DNA of 64,000 nucleotides from the human T2T-CHM13v2.0 reference genome, Homo sapiens: NCBI RefSeq assembly GCF_009914755.1, contig NC_060935.1; one strand, 5' to 3'. Shown piece by piece: positions 13,174 to 26,900 of this stretch (position 1 is its first letter; each line of letters starts with the position of its first letter). The notes under the pieces were generated by a model. It saw only the letters and a program-made list of their open reading frames with translations, ran no database searches and was not told where the DNA came from. The position numbers and the translations under genes were made by a program.

Positions 13174-13412
13174 CAGTGCCCTTTAATGGAGCTTTCTGCA
13201 AGGATAGAAATAGTCTTGACCTAAATTGTCCAATATAGTAGCCACTAGTCACATGGGGTTATTGAGCACTTAAATTAGGTCTATTGAGCACTTAAATTTA
13301 GATGCTACTGAACACTTAATTTTTTCTGATTGAGGTATGAATTTTTAATTTTATTTTTGATGACTAGAAATAGCCACATTTGGGCAAGTGGCAATGCCAT
13401 TAGATAGTATAC
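13174..13412 (+). mobile_element. MER3 (hAT-Charlie) DNA transposon fossil
   Basis: TGTCCAATATAGTAGCCACTAGTCACATG...ATTGAGCACTT...AAATAGCCACAT; paralogous copy at ~27311-27482. Confidence 0.7.
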
Positions 13413-13928
13413 TTCCAGATAAGTTAAACAGATTGTATGATTAATTGAGGCACTGGAATTGCAGGGTTCATTTGACTTATATAGTCACTTAAGCCAGAAA
13501 GTTCAACAGAAAATTTACTCATATGATTGGGAGTTTTGTTTGATTGGTAGGTTGAATGGTAACAATGTATGACCTAAATCAATTGATTTAAACATATTTT
13601 ACTTGTTTGATCAAGATAATCCTGTCACCAAGAACACAAAACAATACCACTTCTGCATTCCTTTATGAGAACTGTTTAGTGGTATCAGGTCTATTGATAT
13701 CTAAATATTTAGATGTCAGTAAAAATGAGAGTTTCTTGTGGGCAGGAACCATAGATTATGCTTCTCCATGTCTATGAGAACTTCTAGTGGATTTTGTTTA
13801 AGGACTAGGAATGGTAACAAGGGCTCATCATAGAAGGTGATTGAACTCTCTAATCCTATGTACCCTGGATACTCTTCCTAGAAGGTGAAGGAGCCTATGA
13901 AGATCAACAAGGAGAATTTCCAAGAGTC

Positions 13929-14867
13929 ATGTCAGCCTCCAGTATCACCTCAACACATCCAACTTCCTTCTTGTTGATGGGGATTCCAGGCCTGGAGCAC
14001 CTGCACATCTGGATCTCCATCCCCTTCTCAGCATATACACTGGCCCTGCTTGGAAACTGCACCCTCCTTCTCATCATCCAGGCTGATGCAGCCCTCCATG
14101 AGCCCATATACCTCTTTCTGGCCATGTTGGCAGCCATCGACCTGGTCCTTTCCTCCTCAGCATTGCCCAAAATGCTTGCCATATTCTGGTTCAGGGATCG
14201 GGAGATCAACTTTTTTGCCTGTCTGGTCCAGATGTTCTTCCTTCACTCCTTCTCCATCATGGAGTCAGCAGTGCTGCTGGCCATGGCCTTTGACCGCTAT
14301 GTGGCCATCTGCAAGCCACTGCACTACACCACGGTCCTGACTGGGTCCCTCATCACCAAGATTGGCATGGCTGCTGTGGCCCGGGCTGTGACACTAATGA
14401 CTCCACTCCCCTTCCTGCTGAGATGTTTCCACTACTGCCGAGGCCCAGTGATTGCCCGCTGCTACTGTGAACACATGGCTGTGGTCAGGCTGGCTGTGGG
14501 AACACTAGCTTCAACAATATCTATGGCATTGCTGTGGCCATGTTTATTGGAGTGTTGGATCTATTCTTTATCATCCTATCTTATATCTTTATCCTTCAGG
14601 CAGTTCTACAACTCTCCTCTCAGGAGGCCCGCTACAAAGCATTTGGGACATGTGTCTCTCACATAGGTGCCATCTTAGCCTTCTACACACCTTCAGTCAT
14701 CTCTTCAGTCATGCACCGTGTGGCCCGCTGTGCTGCGCCACACGTCCACATTCTCCTCGCCAATTTCTATCTGCTCTTCCCACCCATGGTCAATCCCATC
14801 ATCTACGGCGTTAAGACCAAGCAGATCCGTGACAGTCTTGGGAGTATTCCCGAGAAAGGATGTGTGA
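13929..14867 (+). pseudogene. OR52K3P: Olfactory receptor family 52K pseudogene
   Basis: OR motifs LHEPIY (M>I), MAFDRYVAIC, KAFGTCVSH, PPMVNPIIY. Versus the intact paralog it has a 3-nt deletion (~14028), a 1-nt deletion at 14494/5 (frameshift at LAC-G) and a 2-nt deletion at ~14835; ancestral stop TGA 14865-14867. Confidence 0.85.
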
Positions 14868-15903
14868 ATAGAGAGTGAGGAATAAGTGGAAAAAGAGTGG
14901 GGCACAGTGAATGCTGTAGTGGGCCAGGGCTGTGCTGAGAGTAGATGGGTGCTAGACTCCACGTTTAGTTCTTTTCTTGTATTATGGAAAGAATAAATGA
15001 TGTCCTGAAGCTCAGTGCCAACAGTCTGTTTAGAATTTGTGGGTCTTTGCCCTCTGGTAGCCTCTGGATTGAACCTGGTGACTGTGCTGTCTCCTCACAG
15101 AGCCCTGACTCCTGTCAGTAAACTTGACAGAGTCTTGACCCTCCGGCCTCATGGTGACTTTGCTGAAGGACACAAAGATGCTTCCAAGTTCATTTGCCTA
15201 AGAGAAGACTGTGAAAATCTGAATTTCCATCTCTGACTTGTTGGAAATTTGGTGAATTATCCACTCAGATTCCCGAGTTAGGACCTCTACTCCATCCAGT
15301 GCAGGAGTTCTGCTACATTCTAACAGTTGAACCCTAGACTCTACCTAAACACTGTCAGTGCTGGTGCACATGCATCCTTTAGGCCTATTTATTCCAAGTG
15401 AGACAGCTCTGCTTGTTAGAAGGTTATTTCTTCAACTAAGCCAGTCTGTATTCTTTGACTTCTTTTTACCTCCTCATCCTCATGGCTATTCCATCTCATT
15501 AAATACTTTGAAGAAAAACCATATCCTCTGACATTTTATTATATATCACATAACTCTTTCTTTGTGCATAGACGTATCTTATATTTTCAACAAGAATGTG
15601 AATTGTTTACTTATTTAATAATCTAGCCAAGTCTATGCTATCGGCTAGGGATACAGACTGTTAAGAAAGGGATGCTGGACTCATGTTTATGTCCTCAGAC
15701 AGAGGATGGAATAATTCCAATGGTTTGTGTTCTCTAAACTCACCATTCCAAGGCCCAGCATAGAAGAAATATGAGAAGTCAAAGAAGATGAGATGTGGGC
15801 GTATTGACTTAGGTTTTGTTCTATTTCATTCAAACTTAGGTACTCAAGAATTCCCTTAATATTAATCCTGAGAACTGCACCTCTGATGCTCCCTCATACC
15901 GTG

Positions 15904-18396
15904 TCTTATGAGTTGAATTTTGTTCCCCTTTCCAATTTATATGTTAAAATCCTAACACCCAGCACTTCAGAATGTGACTGTATTTGAGGATGAAGTCTTT
16001 AAAGTAATACTTAAGTTAAAATGCGGTGATTAGGATGGGCCTTAATCCAATATGACAGGTGTCTATATAAGAAGAGAAAATTTGTACACAGACACAGGCA
16101 GAGTGAAGACCACGTAAAGATACAGAAAGATGGCCATGTACAAGCCAAGAAGAGTGGCCTCGGTAGCAACCAATTCTGCTTGGGTCTTGGACTTCTATCT
16201 TCTAGAATTGTGAAGAAATAAATTTCTGTTTATTAGGCCCCCCAGTTTGTATTACCTTTTATAGAAGCCCTAGAAAACTACTTTTGGCACCAGAAAGTAA
16301 GGTGCTACTGTAACTAATACCTAAAAATGTGGAAGTTGCTTGGAAACTGAGTAATGGGCTGAAGCTGAAAAAGTTTTGAGGTGCGTGTTAAAAAAGGCTA
16401 AGATTTCTTCGAAGAGATTGTAGGTAGAAATATGAATATTAAAGATGCTTTTAGTGAGGTCTCAGGAAGGAGGAACTGGAAGAAAGATGATCTATGTTAT
16501 CAAATGAAAAAGAACTTGGACAAATTGTGTTCTAGTACTTTGTGGAAAGTAGAACTTGTAAGTAATGAACTTGGATATTTAGCTGAGGAGATTTCTAAGC
16601 AAAGTGCTGAAATTGTGACCCGGTTTGTTCTTGTTGCTTATGAGTGAGGAGAGAGATAAGTTGGAGAAGAATTTAAGCAAAAAGGAATCAGGAATTAAAG
16701 ACTGAAAAATTCTCAGCATATCCATATTACAATAAATAAGTGTAATTTGGAAAGAATATCAAGGGTGTGGCTGGATAACCATTTTCTAAAAAGATTAGGT
16801 ATATTAAATGAAATAAACCAGCACAGAATGACAAGTACTTCATGGTCCCACTCATATTTGGGAGGTAAAGAAAAGTCGGTGTTACAGAAGTAGAGACTAG
16901 AATAGTGGTTACCAGAGGCTTGGAAGAGTAGGGGGGAAGAGGGTATAGGGAGGAGTTGGTTAATGGGTAGAAAATTGCCCTTTGGGTAGAAGGAATAAGT
17001 TTTAGTATTCCATAGCACACTAGAATGACAATAGTTAATAATTTAGTATAGATTTCAAAACAGCCAGAGGAGTGGATTTTGAATGTTCAACACAATGAAA
17101 TGATAAATATTTGAGGTGACAGATTATCTCAAATTGATTACCCTGATTTTATCATTACCAGTTGTATACATGTATGGAAATATTGCCTGCACCCTCTAAA
17201 TATGTACAATTAATATGTGCCAATTTTTAAAAAAAGGATTAGGCATGTGTTTATGAATACAATCAGCCATCTCAGCAGAAGCCAGGAATAGAGATGGGGC
17301 TATGCAGGAAAGACTCACAGGAATCCCTTTTATCTGATAGTTTGGACCCCATGAATTGCATCAGAGACCAACATGCTTTTTGAGAATTTTATTAGCAGCA
17401 GAAATGAACAGAGTTAGGATGACATGAAAGAAGGTAGCTGGACTTCCGGGATTCCAGAGGATGGCCCAATACAGCTATTTAGCTGCAAACGTGCATTATC
17501 CTTAAAGAAAAGGGAGAACATACCCTAAGGTTGTTCAGAGGTTGGCAGGGATACCACTGCCACCACAAGCCCAAAAGACACAGATCCAGGAGGTTAGGCT
17601 GCCTCTTCCTTGGTTCCAGAGGGCAGAGCCAGCCCATTGGTTTCAGAAGGCCAGGGTGCCTCTAACCCAGGACTGAGGGATTAGGGCTGCTGTCCATTGA
17701 GTCAAAAAGGATTATTCTGAGCCTTAAATCAAGTGTAATTTGCCCTGCTAGGTTTTAGACTTATTTGTGACTCATAACACTTTTATTCTGATTTCTCCCT
17801 TTTTGAGTGGGAATGCCTATCCTGTGCCTGTTCTACCATTATATTTTGGTCACAGGTAGCTTGTCTGGTTTCACAGGTTTATAGATGGAGGGAAATTTTG
17901 CCTCAGGATGGATTCATACCGGAGTGTCACATAAACGATTTAGATATTACATTTAGATGAGATTTTGTATTTACAGTTAACCCCTGGAATTGGGGATGCT
18001 TGTATTTTGCATGTGGGAAGGACTAGACTTTAGGGAGCCAGAAGGCAGGGTGTTATGAGCTGAATTGTGTCTCCTTTCAGTAAACTCATATGTTGAAGTC
18101 CTAAACCCTAGTATCTCAGAGTAATATGACTGTATTTGGAGATAAGGTCTTCAAAGAGGTTAATTAAGTTAAAATGAAGTTATTAGGATGGCACTCAATC
18201 TAATACAACAGGTGTCCATATAAGAAAAGACACAAGGAGAAGATAATGTCCAAGCCAAGGAGAGAGGCCTCAAAAGGAATCAACCTTGCCACACCTTAAC
18301 TTGAACATCTAGCTTCCAGAATTGAGAAAATAGGTTTCTGTATTGAGACCATCCAGTCTGTGGTATTTTGTTATTACAGCCTAGAAAATGAGTATA
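15904..18396 (+). mobile_element. Two-LTR MaLR element (MLT1B-like) with internal region
   Basis: 5' LTR ~15904-16280 and 3' LTR ~18051-18396 share GACTGTATTTG..GTCTT.AAAG..TTAAGTTAAAATG..CAAGCCAAG.AGAG.GGCCTC; MLT1-int lies between them. Confidence 0.75.
16800..17230 (+). mobile_element. L1MA-type 3' end inserted in the MLT1 internal region
   Basis: GAAATAAACCAGCACAGA..AGAATAGTGGTTACCAGAGGCT..ATATGTACAATT; TSD-like AAAAAGATTAGG (16788) and AAAAAGGATTAGG (17231). Confidence 0.75.
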
Positions 18397-19645
18397 TTTT
18401 CATACATCATCTTCCACAAATGCATTCTTGTACTTCATTTTTTGTGACCCCTTTCATTGTTTCCTCAGAGACTACTGTTTAGGAAGCATCTCTATCTCTC
18501 TCTATATTAGTTATCTTTGAAACAATCTCCAAGCATTTGTCAGGTGTGGTGTAGAAGGTTGGAAGCTGTGCAGGAGACAAGAGTATTGCAAGAACCTACA
18601 CTCTTGCTTCCCCTTATATTCCATCACTGCTCCCATGAATCCCTCAGACACAAAGACAAATGCCTCATGTAGTCAACACCTCTTGATTATTTTGTCTGAG
18701 AATAGTTGGGGCAGGTGGGCAGCTAAAAAATAAACACTAAGTTGTAACCACATATAAACAAACATGGAAAAGAGCATGAATTTTAAAAGGTATTTCCAAC
18801 AAGAGAAATCTTATTTTCCCATTGACTTATACGGGGAATAACATCATCCTTAAGGTCATATCTATCCCCAGTGAAGAAATAATTTTGTTCCCAGAACAAG
18901 TCCAGTAGTATAAGGATCCCATAGACAGGTAATATATCAACATAACATTAGCACAGCCAGGATTAGTCACAAATAGTAAAAGGAAAATTACCTTCTCTAT
19001 GAGCTCATTTGAGTTTAGCACACAATCAAAACATGAATAAGAAATATGAGTAGCCTACAGGCACATATAATTTTATACCCATATAGATGGGTATATAGAT
19101 TAGGATAAAGGAAACTTGATGCAGTTATCTAGGCCTAGATGCAATACTTCTAATCACTCAAAAACTAGGTCATCCCAACATTCCAAGCTAGGACACAGAG
19201 GTGCACATCATCCTTAAAGTAGGATCAATGCTTGAGTATAGGATCCTGTTCTGCCTAGCAACCCTCACAACACCTTCCCACCTACGTGTTCCTCAAGCAA
19301 GGAGTCTTGGTGTTATCTTTGATTTCTTTTTCTCTCACAGCCTGGAGCTAATTTTTCAGGAATTCCCACTGGCACTTAAAAAATAGATATAAAATCTGAT
19401 ACATCTGATTTCTCTCCATATATATGATTAACACATTGATTTGGAAACACCATCTTCTCTCTGGATGCCTACAATAGCATCTGTAATCCTTTCTCTGCTT
19501 TCATCCTCATCATCTTGTGCTGTTCCCATTAAGTCAGAAGCAATATCTAAAAAACATATGTCAAATAATGTCAATTCACTGCTCAACCTTGGCTTTTATT
19601 CCGAGAGAAATTATGAACCTTTGCAAAGTGAAATCCTTACATGGC

Positions 19646-19992
19646 TGATATGGTTTGGCTCTGTGTCCACACCCAAATCTCCTCTCGAATTGTAATCCCC
19701 ACATGTCAGAAGAGGGGACCTGGTGAGAGGTGATAGGATCATGGGGGCAGATTTCCCCCTTGATGTTCTGTTTAAAAGCGTATGGCCCCGCCCCCATTCC
19801 CTTTTTCCTGCTCCGCTGTGGTAAGACCTGCTTGCTTCCCCTTCATCTTCTGCCATGACTAAGTTTCCTGAGGCCTCCCAGCCATGCTTCTGTACAGCCT
19901 GCAGGAACTGTGAGTCAGTCAAACCTCTTTTCTCCATAAAAGTACCCAGTCTCAGGTAGTTCTTCATAGCAGTGTGAGAACAGACTGATACA
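19646..19992 (+). mobile_element. MSTA-type solo LTR inserted into an L2 fragment
   Basis: TGATATGGTTTGGCTCTGTGTCC..CCCAAATCT...CTCAGGTAGTTCTT..AGCAGTGTGAGAACAGACTGATACA; TSD ATGGC/AAGGC. Confidence 0.85.
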
Positions 19993-21299
19993 AAGGCCTA
20001 CAATGTTCTGTGTGATCACAGCTAACTGGAAAAAAAAAAAAGAAAGCAGCACCCAGGTATGGGTAGGGCACATTATATTCACAGGATCAACAATAAGACT
20101 GATATTAATAGATACTTGACTTCAAAAAAAGCAAGTGAAGGCAGAATACAATTAATATACTAAAGTGGATGAAAGAAGAATTGCCCATTTAAAAACCTAT
20201 TCAAATTGAAATAGAATTTTAGACAGAGGCCCGGGAGGTGAGTCATCTTTCACAAACAAAGATGACTAAGATAATTTTACAAATGAGCAAAAGTTGATGG
20301 AATGTGTCACTATATGGCCTGTAATAAAAGCAAAAATAAAAGTAGTTTTTCATGCAGAAAAAAAATGATCCAGATGGAAACATGAAAAACCTGGAGGGAA
20401 TGAAGAACACCAAAACAAAGATGCATATGAATGTAAAAGAATCTAGATTTTACAAAAGAAAAGATAGGGTGGGGAGGATGTCAATGAATTAAACAGTCTA
20501 AGTGTTCCAATATTCCAGCAGTTATCTCCAGCATGGTTTGAGCCAATGGCCCCACTGCCCACTCCCCCACTCCATGTGCTTCTTATCCTGCTCCTATGAT
20601 GTCAGGATTGCCCATTCAGAATGGAGTTGGGGGCAAATTAAGGTGCTTTGTTCACAAAAACACTGTCTATTCTATCTGGCTCTTGTCTGGCTTTTATCTG
20701 GCTTTTGCCATATTAGGTTTTGGTGAGGTGCTTTTCATACAGGCTGTATCCCCTTGGCCTAGCTGTACATTGTTAAAACTATGTAGGAATTCCACTTTAT
20801 CCCAGCATCCCAAAAGATCAGACTTATCATGGAGGAGTGCTGAGTCCACACCCTTGAGGGCCAACTATTACAGAAGGGGAAGTTAGTTCCAGGGTACCTG
20901 TGTGGGAAGGGAGTGAGATGACTGAGTTACAGCGTTCTGAGATTGCTTTTAAAAATTATGGGGAATTAGGGTAGACAAAATCCATGGAGAACTCTAGTGA
21001 AAAGCATCTTCTCAGGTCCTTGAAAAATAGCACACATTAAGTCAGCTGTAGGTAGAAAGATCACTCTTTATCATTTATAGATGATTGGTAATTTCCTAAT
21101 TATTAATAAGGAATCACATTCATAGTGGCCTCTTGTTTATCTACTTAGATCCTCCTATCCTTGTGAGTTAGAAAATATTGTAAAAGTTATCTCTACCTTA
21201 GAGATAAGAAAAATAGATCAGGGATCAGACAGGTGCCAGATCAAGTTCACGAGCTGGTTATTAATGCATATCTCAGGCCAATATGAAATATGAATGCAA

Positions 21300-22301
21300 A
21301 ATAAAATGCCTAATGGATGACCTTGGCCTGGTCAGGCTGGACTCCCTGCCCTTTCAAGTCAGTTCTGACAGGAGTTGCCTGCAGTGTATATTTTCTGATG
21401 AGGCTGGCTTTCTTTGAAGACACTGTAAGGATAAAGAGTAAGGAGAGGCACAGCAAACACCAAGACACAAGCCAGCTCCACCTGAAAGTCTCACAGCCTC
21501 TGGCAAGTAGGGCATGACCCCTGGTAGGCACAACTCAGTGCCACTAGCTGGGGAGGAGGCATGGGTTGTAGGAAACAAGGATACAGTCCCCTTGGGTCAG
21601 GGGAAGTCCCCTTGCATCAACCCAGAGAGAGGAGGCCAGAGATGTCTCTGAGGACTCTGCTCAAGTGCAGCAGTTTCTGCTTCCACAGCCTTCTGGGAGA
21701 AGGGCAGAGGTTGGTGAGGATTAAAGCCAGCTGCTCGCTTCCCAGCTTCCTCCTTCTAAGACTCCTTAGACTGAAAGAGGAAGGCGGCACTGGTGCTGCA
21801 TGAAGCTAATGAAAAGGGCCCAGGATCGTAAGTCAGACTGAGGACTGTGGATACAGCTGCAACTTAGGGAAATAGAAAACAAGTGATGTTATTGGGGTGA
21901 GCAGGAAGGTGGGAGTGAGCTGGAAGGTGGGGGCACTGTCAATTTCTTCCCATAGCCATTCCTGATCTTAGGCATCAGCTCTCCAACCCTGTTATTGCTT
22001 CTACTCTGGTCCTTCAATAGAGGGAACAGAAGTCTCGATAGTCCCACCCAACTGTTTGGTACACAAACTCCAGATGCTCTCCCCACCACAGAGGATGCCT
22101 GCTTCCGTCCTATGCCAAACACTGTGGGCCATCTCCAAGAAGTCTTAGTTGATTATTCCAGTTTGGATCTGTCACTTCTCACCTCCTGTCATTGCTTTTT
22201 CTAACCCCTGGCAAATGCCCCATCCCAGTTAAAGGGCTTCTGCATTAGTCAAGAGGAAGAAAACGAGGCCTGAACTAGAAAGATGGCAGGGAAAGGTAAG
22301 A
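21300..22301 (+). promoter_or_regulatory. Putative OR52K1 promoter and 5' non-coding exon
   Basis: TAATGG (21311), O/E-like TCCCCTTGGGT (21587), donors ATC|GTAAGT (21827/8) and AAG|GTAAGA (22295/6); matching acceptor TTTTCACTTTTTTCAAG|G at 27684/5. Confidence 0.5.
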
Positions 22302-23942
22302 AATACCTTATCTTTGAGGTTCTTCTACCAGAAGCAGTCCTGAAGTATCTTGATTATGTGATTATCCTTCCTTGTCTGGTTCTAAGTTTTTCAGATATGT
22401 CATTCTGATATCCTTTTAAGATAAAGGTATAGGCAACCAAATAGATTCAGTATTAATTGAGTCCATTCTGGGTACAGAGGCCTTTTTTAAGGAGAAATAG
22501 AAGATAAATCCTTTGAGCATGGACATCTTAGTTCTGAAAACAATGAACAGTCTGGACAAAACTTGCACTACAGAGGAGGTCTTAGTTTCTGGATATTAGG
22601 GGAAGAAGACTGGCTCCATTCACACTCCTACTCAGAGCACTTCATTCTGAGGAGTTGATTTTAGATGAACTTCAAAGGAAGTAAGATTTATGAACTATTA
22701 GACACCCTGTCTTTTCAGGAAGAAATCTGATAGAAGAGATGCCTTTTTTTTCTTGTATGAAGATAGGTAGACAGCTCACAGGGTGGTTAGTGATGTTTAA
22801 AAGTTGAATGGAGGAATCTAGGGGGACATGGAGACTCAAAGTAAAACATGTGGGTTTTGTGGAAAATACATATTGAGATAAGGTAAAGATGCAGCAGGTT
22901 TGTGGGATTATTTCACAGTATTTTAGAAGAGTTTCTTAGACGCCAGGCATGTTTCTAGGTACTGATATGTACTTGAAAATAAAAATGTCTGTTGTCATAA
23001 GAGCTTGTTCCTGACAAAAATGCACAAACATTATGAATATTTAAAATAGTATTTTCCATTAAGAAGAGAATTTTATTCTGATGCAGGTAACAAAGTATTG
23101 TAATCGGGATGCTTAGAACCTCCATTCTGGATGCATTTTAAATGAGAAGATAACCCAAATTCTGAGCTTAAATCACATGAGGGGAGTAGTATTCTGAGAA
23201 ATATGTCTTCCAATAATCTAGTAGTCTGTTTTATTTAGTGAAATGTTCCACACCTATGTATGTTAGAGGCTGGGTTTACAGAAGGAAAATAGGTAGAGTT
23301 TCTTAACTCCAGTCCCTTCACTTCATGATATGGTGGGTAATTGTTGAAGGATAAATATTGGAGAACAAAGTGGAACTTTGTGTACTTGTTAGGATTCTTT
23401 TGTAGCAGTAGTTGCTGGGAGATGCTGTGGCTTGAACAAGGGTGATGGTGTTGGAAGGGTGGAAGTGTTGGAAACGCAATGGGCAACGTGGAGATTTACT
23501 ATGTAGGATGATCCAGTGTGCTTGCTGATGATTAAATATGATGCAGGAAGAAAAGAGAAGAATCCAGGATGACTTGATTCTAGGTTGAGCAACTGGTTGG
23601 GCAGGATGTTACGTTCTGAGATATGGGCAGCACAAGAAGAGAAGTAGTCATGATTTCTGCCTCAGGCATGGCAGGTTTGACATATCTGTGAGGAAGATAT
23701 GTGGGGATATCGAGTATGGAGTTGGATATCCTAGTCTGGAGCTTACAAGGAATGTAAGGTATGTAAATTTGTGTTTGTTTCAGGATATGTTTATATTCTC
23801 AATGATCAACCAGCAGACCACCTAGAAAGATGCAATATTCACGGTCTTTTCAGGAGCAGTATTCTCTTTCTTCGTCTAAGTTTCAACTTTTCCCCTACTA
23901 CTGGATAATTTGCTTCAGCTAAAGACATGATACTTCTGTTCT

Positions 23943-23946
<4 letters not shown>

Positions 23947-23982
<36 letters not shown>
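23947..23982 (+). repeat. (CA)18 microsatellite
   Basis: Perfect CA run. Confidence 0.97.
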
Positions 23983-23985
<3 letters not shown>

Positions 23986-26900
23986 GACTTCGCTTTCCAT
24001 TTTAGCCAGTGCCCTATTTACTTGCTGTCCTTTGCTTCCAAATTCCTCAAAAAAGTTAGCCATGTTAACAAACTTCAATTCCCCTCTTATCTATTCTAAC
24101 TCAGTCAAGTCAGGCTTTGCCTGTCTCTCTTCTAGCAAAATTGCTTTTATCAAGGTATCCAATCCTCTTGTGCAATTCTAAACACAAGGCCAATTGTGTT
24201 TTCAAGTTCTTTGACTCATCAGTAGCATTTTACATGGTAATAATCCACTTGTTAGTAAACTATATTCTATATACTAAGATAGTACATTATTTGGGGATGT
24301 TTCTATCTTAATAGTTTCCACTGTCAGTTTCCCTTGCGAATATCTCAGTGTGCTCCAACTCTTCTCCCATCCATTCTTAATGTTGGGATTCAGTTCTGGG
24401 TTCTCTAGTTCTCTTTTCTGTGAACATTTACTGTCTGGGCGATCTCAAACAGTTTTGTGGCTTTAAATATGATTTATTTTCTATACGTATTACCATATTC
24501 ACTTGAATTTCTGATATCTCAAACTCACCATGTTCAAAAATTGAAGTCTCGAGCTCCTCCTTTCATGCTTTCCCCGTCTCAGTTGGGAGCAGCTCCTATC
24601 AGTGGTTTATGCCAAAAATCAGGGTGTCATCTTCGACTCCCTGTTGTCTCACTTCCTATATCTAACCTGTCAAAAATGCCACTGACACATTTTAAAAATA
24701 TATCCCCAATCCTATTACTTCCCACTACATACACTGCTACCTTGATTCTGAGCCATTGTTCTCCCTTCCTTGGATTCCTGCAATAGTCTCCAGGTACTTT
24801 CCCCCAATTCTACCCTTCCCTCTTTGTGCTATTCTCCATCATAGATGCCAGGGAAAACTTTAAAAGTATAAGTCACATACATCTCCTCTCTGCTGAAAAC
24901 AATGTCCTTGATTCTGAGAGAAATGGGGAACTTTTGCAAAGTCCACAAAGGCCTATGGGGCCCTGTGTGATTTGGCCCCACTGTTCTGACCTGATTCTCC
25001 TGCTCATTTGCTTCATCCTACCTGTGCTGGCTGCCTGCTGATATTTGAATAACAGGTGTTTTTATGTCTTGGGGCATTTTCTCTGGCTGTTCCATTTTCT
25101 TAGACTGTTCCTTTCCCCTGGGTGACTCCTATATTCCAAATCTATTATGGTCTTCTCATGTCCTGTCATCTCCCCTTTTTGTTGTAGGCATTGTTGTGGG
25201 AACCATTCGAGTGCAGGTGTAGGTTGATAGCACCTTACTCAGCTGTATCCCACCTCCCACAGTTTCTCTGCTTTATTGCATGGGCACCTCAGGGATCTCA
25301 TTGTGTTATTCTGGTACATGTATGGACCTGAAAATGCAAGGAAATCTACACTCCTTGGGTCATCCTTGACCTATGGGGTGTGGAAGCCAGTGGATAAAAG
25401 TTCCCCTCTTCTGTGTCTAGAGTGGACAATTCTTTGGTTCCTTCTCTATGGTTCTTCATGTGGAATTGGATTATCCATCTCAGTAAGGCAACTTTGGATC
25501 CATATTCTCTTTCCTGTTCCACTCCTTCATCCTATTCTTGTTCACTGTGTAATTGTTCTGTATATACCACTGGCATGAAACTTTAGTTTGGCATTTAAGG
25601 AAGTGAAGCCAAGTATTTCCTCACCTCATTCAATTTTTCTCAAATTTTCTAATAAGGTGTATAATGAGCTTTTTATTTCAAATTTCAACTTCTCCTGCTC
25701 CCTATCATGAAATGCCTATCATAACTGCCCTATTCCTTGGTTTTTAAATCACAACAATGAAACTTTGTATAATATGTAATTTAATCATGATGTCCTTTTA
25801 TTATCCTTCTCCAACCTTTAGCAAACTTATTCTACTAAGGGATCCATCTGTTTTGTTCATAAATTTTTCCTTAACCTCTTCAGTAAAAATGTTTAAATAG
25901 TTGTCATTAAATTTAGTTAGTATATTTTCTGAATGACATGGATATAAAATTTGAAAAGATGCTTGAGAACTGTAGAAATGTAATACTTACAGTTAGGGCA
26001 GAAGCAGGAGAAGGAAGTGAGACACTCTGGAGCTGGGAAACGGGAATATGGTGGTACACGAGAAAAGTGAGTTTTAAGCAGGAGAGTGGTCAATTCAGAT
26101 AAAAGTTGCTCAGCGGTCCAGTTGCATGAAGCCAGGTAAGTGATAAGGGCACCATCATCATGGAGGTCATTGATTGTCACAGTAAAAGGAATTTTTGGTT
26201 TGTGATGGGAATAAAATCCAGATTGATATGTTTCAAAACCAATTATCCTTGAGAGAGTTGAGATTGTAGACCTTTCTACATGTTTCGCTGTAAAGAAAAG
26301 CAGAGGTTTGAATAAAGGGAGGAGGATTTAATGTCACGGTAGATTAATCAACATAAATAATTTTTTAAAAAGTAACAGTTCTACAGAAGAGAAATATAAG
26401 TGACAAAGCTCTGCACACTAAGGAATTATACAAAATGATTTTATACATAATCACACTTAACCTCCCTATACCCCTCAGATAAAGGGAAATAGCACTGAAC
26501 TACCTTTAACAGAGAAGGAAACAAACTAGTACATAAGTGATTTGTGCAAGGTCTACCACTAGAATATGTGGCAGTCATGATTTCAGCCAATAACTTTAGA
26601 TTCTAAACATTTTCCAAATGTTATGGAAGGAAGTTAGTTTTCAGTTTGGTTATGCTGGATGCAGGTTGCATATAGGGCATCTAGATGGAAACAATAAGCC
26701 TAGTTACTTAAGACATGGGAATCGGTAGAAAGAAGGACTCAGATATGGCTGTCTGACACTATTAGCTATAATATCTTAGAGCAATTATTATATTTCCCAA
26801 CAGTTTCTTTTTGAAAAAGAGACCCAGTTTTTGTTTTCAATATTTACTTTGTTCTGTGACTATTAAGTGTTTGAAGTACATTATCTCATTTAATCCTCAA

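Larger units (their letters stand above)
6610..14870 (+). repeat. Tandem segmental duplication, copy 1 (OR52K unit)
   Basis: Collinear similarity to ~20985-28957 throughout (e.g. 6926 vs 21310, 7790 vs 22225, 10920 vs 25375, 13590 vs 27660), offset ~14.1-14.4 kb. Confidence 0.9.

Noticed and set aside
13929-14666. 245-aa ORF as a functional truncated receptor
   Set aside because: Out of frame after the 1-nt deletion at 14494; TM5-7 are lost. The later 2-nt deletion lies beyond the premature stop and cannot rescue it.
20502-20726. Possible highly degraded OR TM5-TM6 remnant (SY...LFY...H.RF)
   Set aside because: Only faint motif resemblance; no MAYDRY, PMY or NP.IY neighbours. It needs an HMM search before any claim.
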